From contig NMRA01000034.1 of the NCBI GenBank assembly GCA_002633005.1, forward strand, positions 142,136-206,135: 64,000 nucleotides of DNA, given 5' to 3'. The notes under the pieces were generated by a model, which saw only the letters and a program-made list of their open reading frames with translations, was not told the DNA's origin and did not search any database. The position numbers were made by a program, and so were the translations under genes. Below, piece by piece: positions 38,101-49,937 of this stretch (position 1 is its first letter; the number at the start of each line of letters is the position of its first letter). The stretch is from Phoronis australis (Eukaryota > Animalia > Phoronida).

Positions 38101-41100
38101 GGCCTGTCCGCGGCTCCAACCCGGTATTGTCTGCTAACTCTGCAGGTGCTCAGTGGAGTTTGCAGAAAGCAAGTTCGAGTCCCGGTAAGGCCAGATATTT
38201 TTTCAGACTTAACTATGTGATGTGCCCCACATATGATGTGTTTTGTAGTAAAACTAATAATTCTTATTTATATACAATTAGTATATTTACACGCCATCTA
38301 TTTGTTGCATCATGTCGCATGAAGTCTGAAAAGATAGCTGTCTCAATCATGGCTTTCTAGTCTAGTCCTTGACGGTCAAGACAGAATCTCCTGCTGTCTC
38401 GAAAGAATTGCAGGTCACGTGGTATGTGATATGACCTATAGGTGGCATTTAAGGTTACGTGGAACCCTGAAAAAATGTCCAAATATCAGTAACTTTGGAA
38501 CAAATCTCAGAAATGGCAGATTGGACTCGTCTGAAACTTTCAGATATTATGTTTTATGCACTCTGCTTGCAAACACTGTGAGTAATATTGTTTTTAAAAT
38601 GTACCACTTTGCATGAAAGTCTAGTAGGGCTTCTGTGATTTTTATGAAAAAAATCAAAAATTGAATGAACAAAGACGAAGTAATAAGTTAAAAAACTGCA
38701 GTGGTATTTTTGAGATTTTATTTTGGATGCTGCATAATGAAATTGGGTCATGTTATTGATATCTTGTTTTGCTATGAATGTACCTTAGTTTCTTTTTTGC
38801 TAATTTCACTAGAAGACATGGTCACGTGATCCCAAGTCATTCTAGTTTTGTATAAAGTCAAAAGTCAAAATTTAAAAATTTTAGATATTTTTACTGAGTT
38901 ATTATGCTTTTAAAAGAATGAAAGTTTTGAGACATCCAGTTAAGGTAACAAAATATAGAAAAATTGAATCAAATACTGGAATTTGCTTACTTGAGTTAGC
39001 GACGTTGTGTTCGTCTCTCACGGGCTTCAGCTTGGCTAGTGATGTTACTATCATTCTGGCCAATAGGTGGTGTTTTAACCAGATGGCATGGCATCGAGGT
39101 CAGGACAGTATCCCATAAGTGTGACAGTTGGAACCTTAATCCACTTTCTGTTTATTCAGAGAGGAGCACTCGATGAGTTTCTTTGGCACCCCTTTTGAAC
39201 CAATCTTCCTCACAGTCTAGGATAGTGACATCATCAGTATCAAAATCATGCCCAGTGGTGCATAGGTGGCTAAAAATAGTCGAGTCCTATGTTACGGGGA
39301 CACATGACTCAGTATTAACCAATAACTTATTTCTTGTACTATCATTCATTAACTGTATAGTTTTTGTACCTTAGCAATGAGCTGATTTACTACTGGATAT
39401 TCATTTGAATGACTGTTACTACCATGTACACACATTTAGGCTTGCGAGGCTATGCCTATCCCAATATAGCTACATGCACTTTTATATAAAAAATTTGTCA
39501 ATTAACATACTAGACGAGAAGCCTATGAGTCATTGGTGACAATTAATTATTCACGGTACTTTTAAGATTAACTTTTAATCGAAAAGTTTGTCTAAGAGAT
39601 AAAAAGGTGCAAAAGGCGCACACTTTTAGACAATCGTCTGTAAAAGTAACGACATCCTATGCCTAAAAGTGAAGCTTATGTTCAAGTGTGAAACATTTGA
39701 GTAAAAAGACGCAGACGTACGTATCATTTATGGGTGCGTGGACTAGAATGCTTAGGAATTCAGTTTTATATTGTGTTGGACATATGTTGATGGCAGAAAA
39801 ACTTGGTTGCTCTTTTAATATTGTGAATTGTATGACATGTACTCGTGTGGCAGTTGACCTTTCTAACAAGTCATTGGATAACATTTCATGTTTTTGTCTG
39901 CAGGTTTATCAGTCCGCGATGTCATATTAAGGTACAGATACAAGATTGTCATGTTGTTCAAGTTGCTTATGCTGGAGAGAAAGGTGATTTGGTGTTAATA
40001 GATATCTAGTAAATAATGCCATTATAAAACCTACTTTCTGTCAAATATCTATATTTTGATTTAGACCACTTACCATTTTAAAACCATCCTCAGTCAGACG
40101 TTTCTTACTTAATAAGAAGGGATTTCTGTGCTTGTGAAGAACTACCAGTGAGAGTGTATTGTTCCTCTGTAACGTGTCTGGAAAGACACCAACTCAGACT
40201 GTTTTTTTATCTGTTACTATGTTTACTATTGAAAGGAGTCATGAACAAAGTTTATTATTTTTATTATTATTATTGTTATTTAACTGGAGATCTGGCTCAA
40301 TAAGTTGGTTTGACCCAACAGTTAATTCATCAAGCCTGACCTAGAGCAGTAACAAGTTGCCAGCTCTTCACAAGCCCAAAAATCAGTTCTATTTGAGCAC
40401 ATAACAATTTGACAAGTGGTCAGAATCAATAGTTAGTCTTGTTGATAGAAGGTGAGTTTTTAGGAGTTTTAAACTAACAGTACGCCACCTATTGGTCTAA
40501 TTTTACACAGGAAAAATAGTCTACAGTGACATCTCTGTAGGTTCACTGGGAATGAGTGTAGCTCATGACTTGTCATTAATTAATCTTAATCCATTGAACT
40601 GGATTGTTAACAGTAATCAGTAGATCCTTGAAACATTCGATAAAAGTGGTAGAATGTGCTAAAGTTCTATAGATATTTTTCTATATTTTAATGCATTAGA
40701 TAAGAAATAACTGGTACAAAGGGACATTCTCACTGAGAAAAGTAATTTTACAGACTGAAATTAACAGGAGCGTGGAACTGAAACCACTGACCCTGCAACA
40801 AAAGCCACATAATCTACTCCTGAGACAGAGCCACCGTGGTACATTCCATAGTATTTAATCCTATAAGACTGTGGCCTTGATTTCAGAGAATGTCTGGCAA
40901 AAATGGCAAGCATTCGCTATTTGTTATAAAAATTACAGAAACGCCACAGAATGATTTTAATTGTTGTTTTATAGCTGTGGTCAACAGCTGATCCAGCTTA
41001 AGCATGTTTGAACACAACTGACACAGAGCAAGTTGACACTGCAGTGACCATTTTTGATGCATGTTGGAGAGATTACACTCGATCTAGTGTTAACTTCACG

Positions 41101-44100
41101 TTTAATCGCGCACTAGGGCAATGCGGAAGGGATCATCTCTGTTATGCTTGTGCAGTAGTGTATATACGAGAGATCCGGTGACATTCTATGTGTTACGGAT
41201 GTTGCCTATTGTTCATGCATGTAGATTACTCATGCTGATCCAGTTTAGAATCTAATTAAATGCAGTTGAATTGGAACAACTTGTCATGTGATAACAGGTC
41301 ACATGACAGTTGTTCGTCATGTAAAAATGGTTTATTATTTGTTGCATTCAATGGTAGTCATTTCGTTGCTGTTACATTAGTTATTGCTTTTCTTTCATAG
41401 GTTCTGTTCTTCATGAATCCTGTAGAGAAACTAACAAGTACAGTTCTTGCCATGCTATCTCTTTTCCCTGGTGAGTTCATGTTTAGACAAAACGAGTCAG
41501 GTGTGTCTGAACTTGGTGTGTAATTTACTGGATTCGAGTGCTATGTTTAGAAATTTAAGGCAATGTCATCTTTTCTCTGAACATTCTGTGTCTTTGTGAT
41601 TTATTAAACTTTTTGCAAATCATAGAATAAGGGCTTTCTTTTACAGTATAATCTAGTATTAAACAATTTAGAAGACAATACAACGGATTATGGAAAGTTA
41701 ATTTTTCCATTCAAAGTTAAGTACCACTTAATAGAATTAATTCTTCTCACATTTTCAAACTCTATATTCTACTACCTTCAAATTTTGTTTTGAAAAAGTG
41801 TTGGCATTGCAACTGGTGCTTTTGAAAATTAAAAATTAAAAATCACTACATGAACAATAACAATGCACAAAATGTGTTTTTTTTATTGCAAATTTATTTA
41901 GGGTCCCTGTTCTTAAGTTTGATGCAGTTTTCCTCATTTTTTTTATCGTCGGTAACAGCAACATTCTTTAACCTCTTTTAATTTGAATTTTTGACAACTG
42001 TTATAAGCCAAAAATTGGTGCGACAGCTAAGAAATAGACCTAAAGTTCTGAAGACATTTTACCTCTTGTCGGCCATCTTAGTAGCCTTTTTCCAGTTGAA
42101 ATGAAGATTACCAAGATTGAAATGAAATTTCTCAAAAGTCTCAAAAAAGTTTTTTGCCATTTCATTTAAAAGTACATAGATTTTTGTCATGGTCATTTCA
42201 TATCAATATAAAATTTCCAAAGTGATATTTTGATAAGCTGTAATTATCTTTCAAAGTCCCACATGCCATGGAACAAATGGCACTTTTCTTATAATAAGAC
42301 ATTGCAGTCTCCCGTATTACCTGAAATGGGAATTGTAGCAAGTCACTGATTACGGTCGCTACATTTTTGTATTCAAATATCTTCCGAAATTCGCTGATTT
42401 GATCATTTTATAAGTTCATCAGTGCAATTAGTTCAGGTGTGTTGCTTAACCACCTGCCTACTTTCTTAACTTGATATAAATTAACAATCATGTTTTTCAC
42501 TTGCTACAGGAATGCTAGAACATGGATTGGATGAGTGTACGTCTTACTCACATAAACAGTTGCCTTCACCCACAGTACAGCTGCATGAGTTCGGGCAAGG
42601 GGAAAGTGGGGAGTATGTGCATGTTAACATGGAGAAAGGTGGCACTGAGCATCAGGCTGCTAGGGAAAATGGGGCTGTGCCAGAGAAATGTGAGATTGAA
42701 GTCATGGAAAAGTGTTCTTTATCTCGGGAGAATTCTGTCGAGCAGAGGAGTGCAAAGAAACAGGGGAATAGCCAAGAAAGGTGTCGCCAGATGAGCTCGG
42801 GGAGTACCAAGAGTATAACTATTTCAGAGAATGAGATTAATGTGACTGACTTGCCTGAAGTGTTCCATACTAAGACAGGTCACCACAAGGACAAGCAAGA
42901 AGTAGGTCAACAGCATAACGGTGAGCATGGAATGGTGTCAAAGGTCAAGTCGAATAAGAGCGATTCCAGTGTGGACAAATCTCTCACGCCACGTGCCAGT
43001 GATTCCAGCATTCATAGCACGGGCCACGAACACTACCCTGGTCATGTGGAGAAAGTCTGTTTAGAAACAGATGCAGTCTCTGCAGTGGGGAGTGCAGACG
43101 GTGTGTTCTGGTCGTGTGATGGAGATATATCGCAGGATCAAGAGGAAATCAAGAAGCAGCCCGATCTAGTTCTGGACCTGGAGCGTGTTAGTAAGGGCAG
43201 CTCTGGTATCCCGGAGATTGACTCACCTGAGGGGATCTCAGAGATCGATGCCGAGGATAGATTTCAATGGGGAAAGGAGTCACAGCGACTGGCAATGTTA
43301 AGTGACAGTGAACCGTCCGACGGAGAGAACAAGATACTGAGTCTTGATAGCTTCAGTGATTCTCTAGAGGTTAATAAGGACTCTGGTGAAGGGTCATTGG
43401 CCATTGTTGGTGATGATATAAAAACAGGGGAGGTTACTACTGTAGTGAATGAGAACTTTGATGCATTTGGACATGAGGATTCTGGTGTTATGAAAAGCAG
43501 AACGGTGGGATCTATGAACAGTGTTTCTGTGGAGCAGGTGTCGCAGGACGAAGATCTTGTCAAGCGAAAAAGTAAGGAAGGTACACCAGAGAGGATTGCC
43601 AAGACTGCGCAGGAAGTTAAAGAAAGAATTACTTCTGCATTGACTAAAAAGAAAAGTACGAGCGTCGAGTTCTTGGCACGTATAGATCCCACTGGATTAT
43701 GTATAGACAGTATGGGAATGCCCCTGGCCATCTTCACGAAGGTACAACATTAAGTATACTTATCATTCTGATCATTATAGGTGTGACATGTGTGATATAT
43801 TTCCAACACTTTGAATTGCACTTATGTATATGTATATACCATAATAAGTTAAGATGTCAACTCAGAATTCTTTTGAGAATTCATGTTGTGGATTCAGGTT
43901 AATGAACAGAGGCTCCGACAGTCAGTATTTTGTGAACATATTGGGGGTCGAAAGTGACCAGTTAGGGATTGTCTGGACTTCCTTGTCCCCCTCTGCATCC
44001 TTGCACTCGTAAATTTTTTCTAAAATCCTCTACAGCCTATGATACTGATGTCTGTTGATTTGTGGCCATTTTTTGCAGGGTTCCCTGTGCCATCCATATA

Positions 44101-47100
44101 TAGCTTTGCAACAGTATGACCTAGTGGAGAACATGAACGTTAGGAGTTTTGTTATTGGAGCCACCAACATACTCTTCAAGCAAAGGAAACACTTAACAGA
44201 AGCTGTGATTGGGGTAAGACCATTCTCCTTCGCAATCTCATGATTGCAGTTTAAGCAAACAAGAAGTCTTCCATGACCCGTCACCATCTTAAAGCTGTCC
44301 ACCTAGTGGGCATTGTGTGACTTACGTGGTAAAATGTCACAAGTAATTGCCTAAATTAGACTTTTTTGTTTTTCAAGGCTTTAAGACGTGAGTGTTTACA
44401 ATTCCTCAAAATATTCCTGATGTTAGTTACGGCATAGAACCTATAATAATAGTGCGTTTATTTGGTTTTACTTTGTAAAAGTGAAATCAAATTTCTTTTG
44501 TTCTCCATTGTTATCATGTCCCAATGCTGAGGGAGAAGTTTGAATGTGTGCTCTCAACTGTGACGTTTTTGTGGATGGTCATTTAGTGTATACTAAATAT
44601 TAAAAAAAAATGAAATTGAACCTGAATTTGCCTATAATTCTTAGCATTACAGGCATCTCCTGTAATTGCATATTCTAAACAAAAGATGTTGATCTGGTCT
44701 ATTGTTGAGCATTTCTGGCAGTCTTTTGTCCAGCAACACAGTTGCTGATTTACAGGTCAATTGTATCCACACAACTATCGCTAAGATGATAATTGCTCAG
44801 CCACACACAAAAGTAAGTTACATACTAGGTTGTGATATTGTGGTCTGTTGTCAGTAGTGGTTTTTGTATACAAGTTAGTTTTCAAAATAAACTATAGACA
44901 GAAAGCTGTCAGACTCTGCCAATCATCTCACCGTAATTGTTTGGCAGTTTGGTCATAGACAAATATTTGTCTCAGTCAGGGTTATTGTCAGTGACATTAT
45001 TGGGCCACTGGTCGCTAATTGTTTTGTGTCTTAGAAGTTGAGATTAACTGATTTTGCTGCAGGAAGATGAACTTCACATCGAAATCCGTGATACTGAGCT
45101 GAAAAAACAGTTACACCTGACCACTGCTGACCTCAGGTTTGCTGACCACCTGGTCAAGAACGTCCAGGCTGATAAAGATGATGTGTTCATGGAGGGGACA
45201 GGTATGGAATAGTTTATGTTTATAACTTTGTATCAACTAATAACACTCAGTCTCTGGCCATAACTTTAATATGTGAAATTTTAAAAAATCTCAAAGACAG
45301 TTATATCCATAAAATATATTAAAATGTCTGAAGGCTCTGGGTATAACTGCGCTTCATCACATCTTTTATGATAATCACTACTGCATCAGAAACTGCTTTG
45401 TTGCCATTCTTTTCATTAATCATAATTTAAGGATAACAAGCTAAACGTTGTGATATTGCTTGTCATTGATGTTTCGATTTTAGCCACTTTTCTGATATTT
45501 GTTCATGATGATTTTACGATTAAAATCGAAACACCAATGATATAATTTTTGTTTTCTGTCTGTTCAAGGTAGCAGTTGAAATGAAAATCTTTTGTATCAG
45601 GCTGTCTTTGGGATGCAAGATTGCATCTGCTTGATATTGGCCAGAACTTTCTAAAGATAAATCTGTGTGGCCAAACATAAAGAGAATCTAGGCATGATGG
45701 GTACAAAAGCACTTTCTTGTTCTCAATTTGTATTGCCATGATTACGCAACTAGATGGTTAGGTTATCAGATGCAATCACTATGTGAGGTATTCATCGAGA
45801 CGACACAATATAAGTTCAGTATCCAAGACATTGCGTTTTTAACAGAATTATGCTGAAATAAGCTTTGGTCCATTGTTTCAGAGTGGGAAGGCGGCGATGA
45901 ATGGTTGCGCAGTCAGTTCAGACATTACTTAGTCTCCCTGTTGTCTGCAGTGCTACAAGATGGTAGGTTGTCATGGCAACATGTTCTGGCTCAAGCAAAA
46001 GTGTGCTTATTTGATATTTTATTTCAGATGTCCTTTTTGAGAGAGTAAAATGGATGATAACTGAAGTATCCACCTCAAGTGTTGTTTAGTTATTGTTATT
46101 TCAATTCTGAAAGTATTTGGTCTGTCTGCATTAAAATGCATGTTTTTTAAGCATAAAAGCCTAATTCACACTGTCTCGATTCATAGCCATGGTGAGTTTT
46201 GATGCTGGAAATTGTGGCCAACCTTGGTGATGTGTAACGAGACAAGTGCAAACTGGGCTTCTTTCGTGATGAACTCTGATACACCATAGCTTGCTATAAT
46301 CACCTCACTACAACTGAGGAAGATATTTTTTCATCTTTCAGATGAGAAGACTCTTGAGGATTTCAACATGAACTTTGTTAACTCCTGGAAGTTAACTCAT
46401 AACTACATTGTATGGCGCAACACACTCCAGGAGATAAAGGATGTTCAAGTGGGGTAATGAAATGTATAATAAAATCGCAGTTGGTCTGGTTCAGCGGCAG
46501 TCTGGTACAGGTTGTACAAGACACATGCTGTGAACATTCCTTTAAATGAGATAAGGATCCATGTAGAGAAATCTTTTGAATTTCTCACCTGTTCAGCCTG
46601 ATTGGTTCTATCCACATTCCAGTCTCACTAGGGGGCTAGTCATCAACAGAGTGAGGCTATTCACTAGGTCACATAGTGAGGGTAATTAACTGTTTATTAT
46701 CAGATCTTATCTAAATAGAAGGCTTGAAAGTGTCATGGCTGTACTTTTCCATTTTCTGTTTGGTATATGAAAACTGATGGGTATCATAAAATCCGAATAG
46801 AGGAATTAAACTTAGACTATGTGGGCTTCTGAATTTTCAAAGTTGGTGAAGTAATAGCGATTTTGTCAACAAAAACACAATAAGGCAAACCTTGAACTAT
46901 TCCTTTGAAAAAAGTTTCCAGCATAGCTTATATTCTAATTATATTACTGCATCACTAACTCACAATAGAAGCTGGGCCTGAAAGAATGTGGATAAAACCT
47001 GTTGTGGTGATGCAATCTAGCTTAAAAGGCATGTTTAGCACAATGTATTCGCAGGCCACACATGTGAGCCCATTGCACTGATCACATGGAACTATTTTTT

Positions 47101-49937
47101 ATGCTTTATTAATTTGTATTTTAAAACAAGGCTCAGGAGCAAGAGGCCAGAATCAAGGAGTAAAGGAAATTAACCCTTATCTTTTCCCCCTAGGCGACTC
47201 TGCCTCCTCTCAAGTGGTGTAGGTCTGATGTGGGTCGGAGGGCTTTTTGGTCTATGAAACAATATTTAATGGTATAATATCATGGTAAAATTTCATCAGT
47301 TTTGGACAAAGAATATTTTTCATGATTTATTATGTTTCATTATTCAAAGGCGACTGACACTGTTACAACTGCCTACAATTCTCAAAACATTGTTTGATGG
47401 TAGCTATGGTGTGAAACTTCAAAATGGCGAAGTATTCATTTGGTGTTCCCTATGAAGAAACTGACGTCGACTTTTATCATCCCCGTATGGCTGGTGAAAT
47501 TTTATTGTTCACAGTGGCTTAGATCATGAATGCATAACATGAACTTATTATTTGATGTGTGGTACTAGTGCGTACTGATACGATGTTGCACTGTTTATCA
47601 GAGATGGTAGTTTGCATGGTCACGGTAAGTAATTATGTAGTCCAGGCTAATGTATGAACAAAACCCTAGACCATTTGCTGTGAAATCAACAGGAAGCTCC
47701 TCAAAGCCTTTTTTGTTGTATTGAAAGAGTAAGTAGCCTTGTTCGGTGATTGGTGTATGTTTTACACTAGTTCCTTTCATTCTGCATTCCCCCCTTTTAC
47801 ACAGTTCATCAAGTTACGAACAAGCTAAGTAAGAGGTGATCAGTGCAATACCTGCCGTTGGAAGCAGTATTTGAACCCTTGAGTAAGGTCAACAGACCTA
47901 ATTGATGTAGTTTTACTCATTTGTCATTTTCTTCAGAGATGCAGCAAGTCTTGTGATGTTGTATCTGAGTTATTATATTTATGATGTCAGAGAATGGGAT
48001 CCCTGTGACATATGACATTCAGTGGAAAATCTTGCTTGCCTGAATTTGTGTGACATTTTGTGACATTTTGAGAATTCTGTTACAAAATATGAGCTGAGTA
48101 GTTTGTGTAATACAGTTGTAAAGTTACTCAATTCAAGGTTATCACTGACAAACATCGTGCCTCGCTTATGTGACAAAAGCAAAGTTGATGTCGCTTATAA
48201 ACACAAAAATTACCAAAAAAGCTGTGACAATTGAGACTTCATGTGACATTTTGAAAATTTTATATGGTACATTGTGACGTGCCATTAAACACGAATTTAT
48301 TCTCAGTGGTGTTGAACTTATACCTAACTTATTGTGGAATTCATTTTACAGACATCCATTCCATGGCCAGTTGAACTTAAGTGATATGAAACTCAGACTT
48401 TCTACGTAAGTGAATTCACTTGATGTTGCGCTTGTATTGAGAATGCCTAAACATGTACTGTGAAGGCTTGTGCCCTTCATTTCCTTAGGATTGTGCACAC
48501 AAACTATGCAGCCATGGGTTTATGTATTTGTAACAGTTTGTTGATTCTCACTGTTGAACAGTCACCTTTTCGTTTTCTGTGAACAAGCTCAGTGTAATTA
48601 ATGTTCATTATGTGGACAGGTGTAATATCATCAGATAATGCTGCAAGTACAATATGAACATTTCATTAGTTGCCGAATACATGAAACTTGCCGAATTTGA
48701 ATTTAGAGTTTTTGCATTTTGGGAAGGCTTTACTTTTTGGATTTCAATATTCTGGAACTTTATTTCTCTAATCAGTTAAAAAACAAATTTAGTCTTAAAG
48801 CTGTGATTATTACGAAAGAATGAGCACTGAGTACCAGATTCACTTCAAAAAAAGAAACTAACAATGAATGAACAATTTCTAGATTAAAGTGGAAGTCCCT
48901 GTTGAAAATGTCACATGAAGTGTTTTGTCCTAATGGTGCATTAATGGTTACTGTTCCTGTCAGGTCTATGCAAGGGACTGAGCGAGGCAGGAAGATCAAT
49001 GCTGCTGTAACATCTACAGGGAGAGCTGTGGCAGAGACGGGCAAAGCTGTGGGTAGGTTCTAGATTCATGTTGATATTCCTCTTGACTATGCTGTAGTGT
49101 GGACAAATTTGTTGGTTACTCATTCCATGAAGTGTGAGGTTCTTAATTTAGAGAGTGCGTGGTAATATCTAAATTACAAAATAGCCGTGCCGTATTGAAA
49201 ATAACTATCCTGTCAGACCGCGATCAGTTCTTTGGTGGTCTTGCGTTCAGCACCACTTGTAGATCCTATGTAATGTGGACGGGGCTTCAACCTAGTGCTA
49301 TAAACAGCGTTTTAACGCCTTCCCTACTACCGTAATGTCGGCAAATTTCACTGATTTGTGGCGAGATCTATTAATGACTTACAGAAAGAGGCAAACATAT
49401 TCCGTACATTTCCCACTGTGAAGAAGATTTCCCAGCAGCTGCATAATCAGTGACTCCGACTGATAAAGCAGTCCAGAGTATCAAACGATCAAACAATGTG
49501 AGGGGTGAATAGTGGGATTTATTCCTCTCTTTTTAAATTAATGGACCACTGTGTTGTAGTGAACTTCTGTCCTCTGAATCTGAGTGGGAAACGAAGGGAA
49601 GTTGCTTTCTTGCTCTCATTACTCTAGAGATCGCCAATATGAAAAGTCCTCTCTTTCAGCAGTGGCTTCCTGGAAAAATTATTTAGTGGTCTTCAGTCAC
49701 AGTATTTGACAGTACTTTTTGGAGTTTCTTAATATGTACCTGTTTTTCCTAACAGTGTTATTGTTCTGTGTTTGGTTGTTTTCAAAACAAAACATCGCTT
49801 TTTCAGAAATCTCCCTTTGTGTAAATTAATTGTTTTTCCTTCACACAGGTGGTGCTCTAAACCAGGCCAAGTCTGTAGTGTCCTCGTGGTTCAGCAGTTT
49901 TGGCTCAAAGAATGAAGCACAAGAAGCAAAGGAATAA
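29158..49937 (+). CDS. AVL9: Late secretory pathway protein AVL9 homolog (DENN-related), 864 aa
   Basis: Exons 29158-29238, 34011-34131, 35297-35382, 36887-36958, 37800-37953, 39904-39983, 41401-41470, 42510-43741, 44079-44213, 45063-45201, 45882-45962, 46342-46453, 48352-48405, 48964-49052, 49849-49937 (2595 nt, phase-consistent). Motifs LHVIVVGFHHKKGCQLEYSYPPL, LPDGAHN, VTRSTVQKAVCVLS, GMPLAIFTKG..CHPY, GATNILFKQ, LTTADLRFAD, WEGGDEWLR, HPF.GQ. Confidence 0.97.
29452..30348. mobile_element. Foldback/MITE with ~270-bp inverted arms and TAG...CTA termini, in AVL9 intron 1
   Basis: 29452-~29720 is the near-perfect reverse complement of ~30080-30348, which explains the two mirror-image MTIASVGPNQRR ORFs. 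Related partial arms at 28110-28290, 28645-28705, 31040-31165 and 1960-2135. Confidence 0.9.
31946..33056 (+). mobile_element. Complete HINE/DINE-1-like element (same family as 21620-23745)
   Basis: TTTTT then subTIR ATGCGCCCAC (31951-31960) hairpin, (GTCC)n/GGCGTCC microsatellite at ~31998-32060, central repeats, inverted subTIR GTGGGCGCAT (33023-33032), stem-loop CAACGC-TCT-GCGTTG (33035-33049), CTCTTGT. Confidence 0.88.
35118..35229 (+). repeat. Two-copy ~57-bp tandem duplication
   Basis: TTTTCCTGATGACTGTTTCTGATACTC..TAATT..TTTCATGCATGTTAAATT repeated. Confidence 0.85.
35439..36002. mobile_element. PIF/Harbinger (Tourist-like) MITE, second copy
   Basis: GGGCTGTTCCAGCAAAATCTGT ... ACAGATCTTACTTGAACAGTCC flanked by TCA on both sides (35436-35438, 36003-36005). 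Confidence 0.82.
38046..38240. repeat. ~195-bp imperfect palindrome with tRNA B-box-like arms
   Basis: CACATCATATGT..TAGTTAAGTCTGAAAA..TCTGGCCT pairs with AGGCCAGATATTTTTTCAGACTTAACTA..ACATATGATGTG. GTTCGAGTCCC at ~38173. Confidence 0.8.

Noticed and set aside
43264-43737. 157-aa antisense ORF, and likewise 62599-63111 on the + strand
   Set aside because: Shadow ORFs opposite genuine coding exons with no independent features.
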